Of a stretch of DNA of 32,797 nucleotides, positions 25,732 to 32,797 are shown in pieces. Origin of the DNA: Candidatus Micrarchaeota archaeon (GTDB lineage: Archaea > B1Sed10-29); NCBI GenBank assembly GCA_964388265.1, contig CAYLXZ010000006.1, positions 1 to 32,797 of the forward strand, given 5' to 3'. The notes beneath the pieces were generated by a model. That model was not told where the DNA came from and made no database searches. It saw only the letters and a program-made list of their open reading frames with translations. Positions within the stretch are counted from its first letter, which is position 1. Each line of letters starts with the position of its first letter. The translations under genes were made by a program, and so were the position numbers.

Positions 25732-27018
25732 TTATGGATACACTCTATTTATCGTTCTAGGGAACCCTATTGTTTCTCTTATATGCTCCATGTCGAATAA
25801 CCATTTTAAGAGTCTTTCTATTCCTAATCCGAATCCTGAGTGTGGTACTGAACCGTATTTTCTAAGATCTATGTACCATTCATAAGCCTCTTTGCTCATG
25901 TTCCTTTCTTCCAATCTGTTTAGGAGTTCTTCTAGTTTCCAGATTCTTTCTGATCCTCCTATTATTTCTCCATGTCCTTTTGGAGCTAGCATGTCGTTGC
26001 ATAGGACAGTTTCTTCTTCGTCATCGGATTCTGGCATGTAGAATGTTTTTGTTTCTTTTGGCCAGTTGTAGACGATTACCGGTTTCTTTTTGTCTTCTGT
26101 AAGGGCTTCTTCTGCCTTTGAACCTAGGTCATCTCCCCATTCTAGGTTTATGTTTTTATCTTGTAGTTTTTCTAGAGCTTCGCTGTATTTTAGTCTAGGG
26201 AAAGGTGGCTCTATGTTTCTTAGGTGTTCTGGATCTCTGTCAAAGTGTTTTAATAGGTCTTTATGGTTATCTGCGAGCCCTTGGGCTACGTGGGTTATCA
26301 TTTCTTCCTGTAGCTCTATGTTATCTTGGTTTCTGTACCATGCCATCTCTGCTTCTAGGTGCCAGTATTCGGTTAGGTGTCTGCTTGTTCTGGATTTCTC
26401 TGCTCTGAAGCTAGGTGCTATACAGTAAACGTTTTCTAATGAGGTCATGAAGGCTTCTAGGTAGAGTTGAGAGGATTGTGTTAGGTATGCTGTTTCGTCG
26501 AAGTAATCTAGGTTGAATAACGTGGATCCTCCTTCTACTCCGGCTTGAGTAAGTATCGGTGGCTGTACTTCGTAGAAGTCTTTCTGTTCAAAGAAGTCTC
26601 TAAATAACTTTAGGGTTTCTTCACGTGCTTTTATCATTTCTCTTAGTTTGTTGCTTCTTAGCCATAGGTGTCTGACATCCATGAGGAAAGAGGTAGATGG
26701 TTCTTCGGTTATTGGGAACTTCTCTGATTTGTGGTAGTGTTTGAATTTTTCTCCTTCTATTTCGTATCCTCCAGGAGCTCTTTCGTCTTCTTTAACTTTC
26801 CCTATTATCTCTATGCTAGATTCTACTTTTGTATCACTTGCTTCTTCGAACCCGTCACTTTCTGAGTCGAATACACATTGGATGGTTCCGGTTGAATCTC
26901 TTAAGACTATGAATGCTAGGTTTCCTGTTTTTCTTTCTCTGTGTACCCATCCTCTTATCTTTACTTTCTTTCCAGTTTTTTCACTGGTTTTCACGTCCTC
27001 TATCTTGCTGTATTCCAT
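25732..27018 (-). CDS. asnS: Asparagine--tRNA ligase
   Basis: OB-fold RGWV..LRDSTG; RHLWLRS, YLTQSSQLYLE, FRAEKSRTSRHLTEYW, EIIGGSER, YGSVPHSGFGLGIER. Confidence 0.92.
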   Translation of the reverse strand: MEYSKIEDVKTSEKTGKKVKIRGWVHRERKTGNLAFIVLRDSTGTIQCVFDSESDGFEEASDTKVESSIEIIGKVKEDERAPGGYEIEGEKFKHYHKSEKFPITEEPSTSFLMDVRHLWLRSNKLREMIKAREETLKLFRDFFEQKDFYEVQPPILTQAGVEGGSTLFNLDYFDETAYLTQSSQLYLEAFMTSLENVYCIAPSFRAEKSRTSRHLTEYWHLEAEMAWYRNQDNIELQEEMITHVAQGLADNHKDLLKHFDRDPEHLRNIEPPFPRLKYSEALEKLQDKNINLEWGDDLGSKAEEALTEDKKKPVIVYNWPKETKTFYMPESDDEEETVLCNDMLAPKGHGEIIGGSERIWKLEELLNRLEERNMSKEAYEWYIDLRKYGSVPHSGFGLGIERLLKWLFDMEHIRETIGFPRTINRVYP

Positions 27019-27046
27019 GGTTTCCCGGTTTTCTAATTGGTTGTTT

Positions 27047-28942
27047 TTATTTTAATCTAAGGGAATCTAGGTTATGAGGTACTTTGGTGTTGGCGTTGAA
27101 TTTGTATTTTAGGCTTTCGGCGAGGTTTTTACATTTGCTTTCTTCTCCGTGTACCATCAGAACTTTGTTTGGTTTTGGATTTAGTTTTTTGTAGTATCCT
27201 AGTAATTCGTTTATGTCGGCGTGTCCGCTGAATCCTTTTAGTGACTCTACTCTGGCGTTTACTTCGTATTCTTTGATTTCTCCGTTTCTGTCTTCTAGTG
27301 CTACTTTTTCCGCTCCTTTCTCTACTTTTCTTCCGAGTGTACCTTTTGCTTGGTATCCTACGAATATAACGGAGTTCTTTGGATCTTCTGTTATGTTCTT
27401 GAAGTACTCTATTACTGGTCCTCCTGACATCATCCCGCTTGGTGATAGTACTACTGATTTTCCTCTTTCTATTATTTCTTCTCTTTCGTCTGGATCTACT
27501 CTTTGGAATATTTCTGAGTCGAATGGAGAGTCGTCGTGGAGTATTCTGTTCTTCACGTTTTTCTTCAGGAGCTCTGGGTAGGCTGTGTGGATTGCTGATG
27601 CTTCTTTTGTCATTCCGTCTATGTATACGGGTATGTCGAAGTCGTTTTTCTTGTGGTATTCTTCTAGTATGAGCATTATTACTTGTGCTCTTCCTACTCC
27701 GAATACTGGTATTAACGCGATTCCGTTTTGGTTTGTTGTTTCTTCTATTATTTTCATTAGTTCTTTTTTTCCTTTTCTTGTGTCTTTCTGTCGGTCGTTT
27801 TGTCCTCCGTAGGTGCTTTCCATTAGTAGTGTCTCTACTCTTGGGAAGTTGGTGTGTGCGGGGTTTAGTAGTTCTGTGTATCCGAATTTTAGGTCTCCTG
27901 TGTACACTAGGTTGTGTTCTCCTTCTCCGATGTGTAGGTGGGAGATGCTTGATCCTAGTATGTGTCCTGCGTTGTGTAGTGTGAGTCTTATGTCTGGTGT
28001 TATGTCTGTGACTTCTCCGTAGGATTTGGTTATGGAGTGCATTAGTTGTTTCTTTATGTTTTTCTCTGTGTATGGTGGTGATTCTCCTTCTCTATGGCTT
28101 ATTTTCACGTAGTCTTTTTGTAGTAGTGTCATTAGGTCTCTTGTTGGTTCTGTTGAGTATACTGGTCCTTCGTATCCGTATTCGTAGAGGTATGGGATGA
28201 ACCCTGAGTGGTCGAGGTGGGCGTGGCTTACTATCACTCCGTCTAGTTCGTCGAGTGAGAAGTTTATGGAGTTTAGGTAGGGGTATGCTCCTTCGTCTTT
28301 TCCGTCTACTTTTACTCCTGCGTCGAGGAATACTTTGCTTGTTGGTGTTTCTAGTAGGAAACAGCTTCTTCCTACTTCTCTGCTTGCTCCTAGTGAACTT
28401 ATTCTTACCCATTTGGTTTCTTCTGGTGGTTCTCGGAATATTTGTTTCCCGAAATCTTTTAGTATCTTTTTTCTTTCTTTGCTTTCTTCTATCATCATGT
28501 TTCTTATGGCTTTCAGGGTTTCTGATTCTCCTGTAGGTTTTCTCAGGAGTTTTGGTTTCCATCCTGTCTTGCTGTTTATTTTCTTTATTGTTTTTCCGTT
28601 TTTCCCTATTATTAGGCCTAGTTTCTTGGCTTCTATGTTTACTTCGTTGAAGTCTTCGTTGAATCTTATTGATTCTATGCCTGCGTCCCCTGGTATTATG
28701 TCTTCTATCATCTCTTCTGATTTTTCCGGTGGCTCTAGCATTGAGGAGTCGGCTCTTGGTACGAATCTTTTCTTGAATTTCTTTGCTAGGTCTCGGATTA
28801 TCTGTTCGTCGTTGAGTAGCTTGGATATGTTTTTTGAGTATAGGACTAGGTCTGGTCCTTCTGCTTCTATGTTTGTTACCATTGCTTCTTTTGGCACTTC
28901 GTCTTTTATGTTTTCTTTGAGGTTCTTCAAGTAGTTTACCAT
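27047..28942 (-). CDS. fttA: aCPSF1/FttA KH-domain beta-CASP ribonuclease (transcription termination factor)
   Basis: N-terminal KH region (GLIIGKNG), EVGRSC, SHAHLDHSG, HNAGHILGS, MESTYGG, GFSGHAD, VHGE; directly downstream of psmB, a known archaeal arrangement. Confidence 0.95.
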   Translation of the reverse strand: MVNYLKNLKENIKDEVPKEAMVTNIEAEGPDLVLYSKNISKLLNDEQIIRDLAKKFKKRFVPRADSSMLEPPEKSEEMIEDIIPGDAGIESIRFNEDFNEVNIEAKKLGLIIGKNGKTIKKINSKTGWKPKLLRKPTGESETLKAIRNMMIEESKERKKILKDFGKQIFREPPEETKWVRISSLGASREVGRSCFLLETPTSKVFLDAGVKVDGKDEGAYPYLNSINFSLDELDGVIVSHAHLDHSGFIPYLYEYGYEGPVYSTEPTRDLMTLLQKDYVKISHREGESPPYTEKNIKKQLMHSITKSYGEVTDITPDIRLTLHNAGHILGSSISHLHIGEGEHNLVYTGDLKFGYTELLNPAHTNFPRVETLLMESTYGGQNDRQKDTRKGKKELMKIIEETTNQNGIALIPVFGVGRAQVIMLILEEYHKKNDFDIPVYIDGMTKEASAIHTAYPELLKKNVKNRILHDDSPFDSEIFQRVDPDEREEIIERGKSVVLSPSGMMSGGPVIEYFKNITEDPKNSVIFVGYQAKGTLGRKVEKGAEKVALEDRNGEIKEYEVNARVESLKGFSGHADINELLGYYKKLNPKPNKVLMVHGEESKCKNLAESLKYKFNANTKVPHNLDSLRLK

Positions 28943-28977
28943 GTTATTCTCCTTTTTTAGTGGTTGTAGATCTTTAG

Positions 28978-29030
28978 TTTTATCGATAAAATCTCTGGGT
29001 GATGGGGTTTGGGTGAGCCTTCCAGAGATT
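28978..29030 (-). promoter_or_regulatory. Hairpin with C-rich loop plus 14-bp palindrome in the psmB-aCPSF1 intergenic region
   Basis: Perfect 9-bp inverted repeat AATCTCTGG/CCAGAGATT (28990-28998/29022-29030); palindrome TTTTATCGATAAAA (28978-28991). Confidence 0.45.
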
Positions 29031-29035
29031 GTGAG

Positions 29036-29692
29036 TTATATTTTTCTTAGATTGATATCTTCTTTAAGTTCTTCTATTTCTTCTTGTGTGTATTTCTTAG
29101 ATCCTTCTTCCGTGATCTTCATTAGATGTATGTTTTTTCCTCCGCTTGCTGAGTCTCTTTCTTTCGCGGCGTGGATGGCTTTCAGTGCTATTTTGATGTT
29201 TTCATCTATAGAGTTTTCTTCTTCGTAGTAGTTTTCTAGTACTCCGTAGGCTACTTGGGATCCTGAGCCTGTTGCTGCTGCTTTTTTCTCCATTTTCCCT
29301 CCTAGTGCGTCGAGGGAGTATAGTTTTGGTTCGTTTTTGTATCCTCCCATTAGGAGTTGGATGTAGTATGGTAGTACTTTGTTTCTTTGAAGCACGTTAG
29401 CTAGTAGCGTGGCTGCGGATTCTGTGGTTATTGTTTTCTTTCTTTCGAGTTGGTAGAGGTTTGTTTCTGCTTGCATTATTCTTCCTAGGGTCTGTGCGTC
29501 TCCTACGCTTCCTGCTATAGTTACTGATATGTGATCTTGGATTGGAATTATCTTTTCTGCGTATTTGTCTGCTACTAGTCTTCCTAGTGATGCTTGGCTT
29601 TCTGTTGCGAGCACTATTCCTTCTTCGGATTTAAGTCCGACTGTGGTGGTTCCTGTTTCTTTTTCTTGGGCGGATTTTCTATCTGCTACCAT
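29036..29692 (-). CDS. psmB: Proteasome subunit beta
   Basis: Short propeptide then G|TTTVG; AGSVGDAQ, LYSLDALGG, TGSGS..AYGVLE, RDSASG. Confidence 0.97.
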   Translation of the reverse strand: MVADRKSAQEKETGTTTVGLKSEEGIVLATESQASLGRLVADKYAEKIIPIQDHISVTIAGSVGDAQTLGRIMQAETNLYQLERKKTITTESAATLLANVLQRNKVLPYYIQLLMGGYKNEPKLYSLDALGGKMEKKAAATGSGSQVAYGVLENYYEEENSIDENIKIALKAIHAAKERDSASGGKNIHLMKITEEGSKKYTQEEIEELKEDINLRKI

Positions 29693-29786
29693 TGAAAAAC
29701 ATCCTGGTAAAATAGTTTAAAATAAGGTTAGTTGAGTGAGTTAATAACCTTCTGTAGAGCGAAGTATTTAAAGTTTTCCACTATAT

Positions 29787-30467
29787 TCACTCTTCCTCTT
29801 CATCTTCCTCTTTTTCTGTTTCCCGAATCTCTACTTCCTCGTAATCCGTGTTTTCTTTTATCTCTTCTTTTAGTTTGTCTTTTATCTCTTCTTCGTCTTC
29901 TTCTATAGTGTCTTCAGGTATCTTGATCACTATTTCGTTTTCTTCTTTTTCTTCTGTGTCTATTTCGTCTTCTTCTAGATCTAACAGTTTTTTTGATAGG
30001 CTACCTGCTTTCTCTTCATCTTCTTTAATTTTTTCAATTAGTTTAAGATCGTATTTTAGGTTTTTCCCGGCTAGGGGGTTGTTGAAGTCTACTCTTACTC
30101 TTCCTCCTGATACTGTTTGAATCTTAGCTGGTTTACCGTCCAGGAGAACTCTTAATCCGGGTGCTGGATTTACTTTTGTGTCTTCGAAGTCTTTCTTCGG
30201 TACCATATCTACTTTGGATGGGTCTCTTTTCCCGTAGGCTTTCTCTGGTGGTAGTTCTATGGTTTTTTCCTGTTCTTCATCCATGTCTTTCAGTGCTTCT
30301 ATGACTCCTTCGACCATTTCTTCTTCATCCGTGATTGTCTTTGAACCGTAGTTGAACTTCTCGTTGTATATGTCTTCTTCTTTTGCCTTCTCTTTGTCTG
30401 TGGTGTCGAATATTCTTCCTGTTCTCTTTATCTTACCGGTGTATTCTATCTTGAAGAATTCATCCAT
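29787..30467 (-). CDS. Long-type archaeal FKBP peptidyl-prolyl isomerase (SlyD-like)
   Basis: IEYTG, IFDTT, PPEKAYGKRD, SGGRVRVDFNNPLAGK; acidic C-terminal domain. Confidence 0.92.
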   Translation of the reverse strand: MDEFFKIEYTGKIKRTGRIFDTTDKEKAKEEDIYNEKFNYGSKTITDEEEMVEGVIEALKDMDEEQEKTIELPPEKAYGKRDPSKVDMVPKKDFEDTKVNPAPGLRVLLDGKPAKIQTVSGGRVRVDFNNPLAGKNLKYDLKLIEKIKEDEEKAGSLSKKLLDLEEDEIDTEEKEENEIVIKIPEDTIEEDEEEIKDKLKEEIKENTDYEEVEIRETEKEEDEEEE

Positions 30468-30619
30468 GTTACCTTCTCCTGTGGTGTTAGAGGTAAATTT
30501 AAATACTTCGAATGTATTTCTTGTATAGAGGTTAATTAACCTATTGTTTCTCCAGTCACGGAGGCAATAAACTCGTAGGAATTTAAACTCCTGTAAACAA
30601 AAGTATTCAAGGTGATTAA

Positions 30620-31765
30620 GTGAAGAAAAGCGGTTTCATATTAATAGCTATAATCGTTGTAGGGTTGTCTCTAGGACCATTAACCTATTTCTCAGGAATC
30701 GGAGGCGACGGAAAAGAACTCGGACCAGCCAACGAAACCCAGGGAAACCAAGAGAACTTCTATGTAGCTTCATCGAACTTCACAGGATACGTGGAAGAGG
30801 TAGAACCCTACGTGTACTTCGAAGGAATAAAAGAAAGCAACAACGCCACTAAAGCAAAGGAGGAGATCGCTTCAGTTCTTCCAGAAATCGAGAACTATTC
30901 TCTAGGTCTTGAATTAGGTCAAAACGGATGGATTTATAGTATAAAAGTTCCTGTGGAAAACTTATCTCATGCGAGTGAGGTAGGGTTTAAGCTTGACTTC
31001 CTTCTCTCTTTGTATTATTCTGATTCAGTTAATCCTTACAAGCCTGCTAAAGTAAAGATGCCAGATACTGTGAAGGGTAAAACTAAGGAAGGAGAAATAA
31101 TAAATATTAAAACCAGTAATAAAACAGTAGATTCTACTTTAGTGTATTCTGAAGAGGGGGGAGATGTAAAAATATCTTGTTCAAGACTTCTAACAAGTTT
31201 GAATGGTGAATTAACAGAAAATATGGGTCAGTGTGCTCAACCTAAGCTTAGTTTGTATAAAAAAGCAGATAAAGAAAATATTAAAGATCTTGAGTATATA
31301 GTTACAAAAGACCACTTTGAAAGGGTAGGTGGAAAGACTCATAAGTTAAATCAAACTCTTAATATCACGGATCGGAAATATAGAGCAATTTATTCATATA
31401 ACAACACTAATAAAGCTATGCAAGTGATTAATACCATCGATTCAGAAGTAAAACCAAGGGATGGATCTAAAACTATAACAATAATAGATGAAAACCACTC
31501 GAATCTCTTAAAATCTATGGATAAGCTTAATGATGGAGGACTGAAGCAAAGAAGCCCTATAGGGAAAATAGTAGAAGTAGATATACCTGAAAAGATAGAA
31601 GTTGGGGAGAAACAATTTCCTATATTAAGGCCAAAGTTAAACTCGGCGAAATTAAGTGTTCCAATGCAACTTGATAAGGATAAGGTGAAATGTGAAGTTA
31701 CTTATGGTATCCTTTATGGATACGTCTTTGCCACCCCTGAAGTTAGATTCGTTGGAGATGTCTAA
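30620..31765 (+). CDS. Hypothetical N-terminally anchored or secreted glycoprotein
   Basis: GTG start with SD GGTGA; KK plus hydrophobic N-terminus; multiple N-x-S/T sequons (NET, NFT, NAT, NYS, NLS, NKT, NQT, NIT). Confidence 0.75.
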   Translation: MKKSGFILIAIIVVGLSLGPLTYFSGIGGDGKELGPANETQGNQENFYVASSNFTGYVEEVEPYVYFEGIKESNNATKAKEEIASVLPEIENYSLGLELGQNGWIYSIKVPVENLSHASEVGFKLDFLLSLYYSDSVNPYKPAKVKMPDTVKGKTKEGEIINIKTSNKTVDSTLVYSEEGGDVKISCSRLLTSLNGELTENMGQCAQPKLSLYKKADKENIKDLEYIVTKDHFERVGGKTHKLNQTLNITDRKYRAIYSYNNTNKAMQVINTIDSEVKPRDGSKTITIIDENHSNLLKSMDKLNDGGLKQRSPIGKIVEVDIPEKIEVGEKQFPILRPKLNSAKLSVPMQLDKDKVKCEVTYGILYGYVFATPEVRFVGDV

Positions 31766-31769
31766 TAAT

Positions 31770-32096
31770 TTAAGATAGCTCCATTATTGCTTCGGCTATC
31801 TCTCCATCTGTTTCTTCCAGAGCTTTCTTTGCTTCTTCTTTGGATGCGTCTGCTTTTTCAGCTACTGTTTCCACGTCTTCGTCTGTGTAGCTTTTCTTCT
31901 TTCCTTTCTGGATGTCTCCCATTACTTGGAATGTTTTCTTTCCTTTCATGTCGATTAATGTTACTTTTGGGTTTTTGACAACGTAGTTGTCTTCTCCTTT
32001 GATCACTACTTCCTCTGCGTTCACTTCTTCGGTCTCTAGACCTAGTTGCTTCATCATCTTCTGCATTTTACTTGGATCCATTGATCCTGGCATCAT
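31770..32096 (-). CDS. nac: Nascent polypeptide-associated complex protein (NAC + UBA)
   Basis: MQKMMKQLG, AEEVVI...NPKVT...TFQVMG; UBA-like EDVETV...EEAKKALEETDGEIAEAIMEL. Confidence 0.95.
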   Translation of the reverse strand: MMPGSMDPSKMQKMMKQLGLETEEVNAEEVVIKGEDNYVVKNPKVTLIDMKGKKTFQVMGDIQKGKKKSYTDEDVETVAEKADASKEEAKKALEETDGEIAEAIMELS

Positions 32097-32141
32097 AGTT
32101 GAACCTCCATGTTTAAATTGTATATTCTTTTTATCTAATAT

Positions 32142-32780
32142 ATGTCCACAATACTAGGAAGGTTCTCGGAGTATTTAAACCTAAAGTCCCTGACAGGAGA
32201 AGATCTACCTGAGACCGAGGAAGCGATTCAAAACTACCTTGACCAAGGTGGATTGCTCAAAGTAGATGATTCAGGGGACGGAGAACCAGAATTGATCTAT
32301 CCAGGTGCTGAGAGGATAAAGAAACAGCTGAGAAACGTTAAGAAGAAGGAAAAGTTTCTTCAGAAGGAGATTCTGAACCTCAGGAGAAAGAAGGGAGATA
32401 AGACAAGCGAGGCAGTTAAGTCGATTAAGAAGACATTTGACCCTCTTTACTGGGAACATAAATACAAGATGAGGACTGACGAAGAATACAAGGAAACCTA
32501 CGAGGAGCTGGAGCCACCTATAGAGAAGATTAATGACCCTGAATGGAGAAACATGCTTAACATGTTCATAAAAGAACCTGAATACAGAGAAAGATTACTC
32601 GAAGCAGCTAGAAGCGAGATATCTGAAGGGAAAGGAACCATGAGGGATCAGATGAAGGAAAGAGAAGAATTCAGCAAAGAAGTAATAGACAAAAGACTAA
32701 AAAAACTTCAAGATAAACTCGAGAACTTCAGAGAGAAACGAAAAGCTCTAAAAGTCCTGCTCAAATGGGCAGGGAACTAA
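32142..32780 (+). CDS. Hypothetical helical/coiled-coil protein
   Basis: 212-aa ORF divergent from nac; charged helical composition; no recognisable family. Confidence 0.75.
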   Translation: MSTILGRFSEYLNLKSLTGEDLPETEEAIQNYLDQGGLLKVDDSGDGEPELIYPGAERIKKQLRNVKKKEKFLQKEILNLRRKKGDKTSEAVKSIKKTFDPLYWEHKYKMRTDEEYKETYEELEPPIEKINDPEWRNMLNMFIKEPEYRERLLEAARSEISEGKGTMRDQMKEREEFSKEVIDKRLKKLQDKLENFREKRKALKVLLKWAGN

Positions 32781-32797
32781 AAAAAAAGATTTAAATA

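Noticed and set aside
28997..29013. Possible G-quadruplex
   Set aside because: Only three G tracts, and on the non-coding strand.
29760..30510. 13-bp inverted repeat CGAAGTATTTAAA flanking the FKBP gene (mobile or invertible element?)
   Set aside because: Both copies coincide with TATA boxes of housekeeping genes; no recombinase, transposase or target duplication.
1..32797. tRNA, rRNA, CRISPR array, IS element, intein or defence system
   Set aside because: No cloverleaf, regularly spaced repeats, or transposase, integrase or intein motifs seen; the nucleases and helicase are housekeeping families.

Overview
Gene-dense, low-GC archaeal chromosome segment with mostly acidic proteins and abutting or overlapping convergent genes. 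It looks like a salt-adapted, probably anaerobic, small-genome archaeon; DPANN/Micrarchaeota-like is an inference only. Recognisable genes: tandem-domain ThyX with bacterial-type GlyA, desulfoferrodoxin with an encapsulated-ferritin-like protein, two tandem Kef-type CPA2 antiporters, translin, Lhr helicase, endonuclease IV, DTD2, RecJ/GAN-like DHH nuclease, two beta-CASP RNases (a KH-less one and aCPSF1/FttA), ferredoxin with geranylgeranyl reductase, a rhomboid, a truncated NFACT/Rqc2, a PRC-barrel protein, AK6, AsnRS, proteasome beta, FKBP and NAC. I saw no tRNA, rRNA, CRISPR array or mobile element. Reading the sequence directly adds a 2[4Fe-4S] ferredoxin, a Zn-ribbon microprotein, a 33-aa membrane microprotein and a 14-aa uORF missing from the ORF track, and corrects the start of a second Zn-finger microprotein. 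Most notable: an attenuator-like duplicated RBS/uORF switch before fdx-GGR, a rhomboid with a ~110-aa sequon-rich coiled-coil in its cap loop, hairpin-structured leaders before both beta-CASP RNase genes, and a HypC-like domain protein paired with a Zn-ribbon microprotein. All family calls come from motif recognition by eye; no searches were run.
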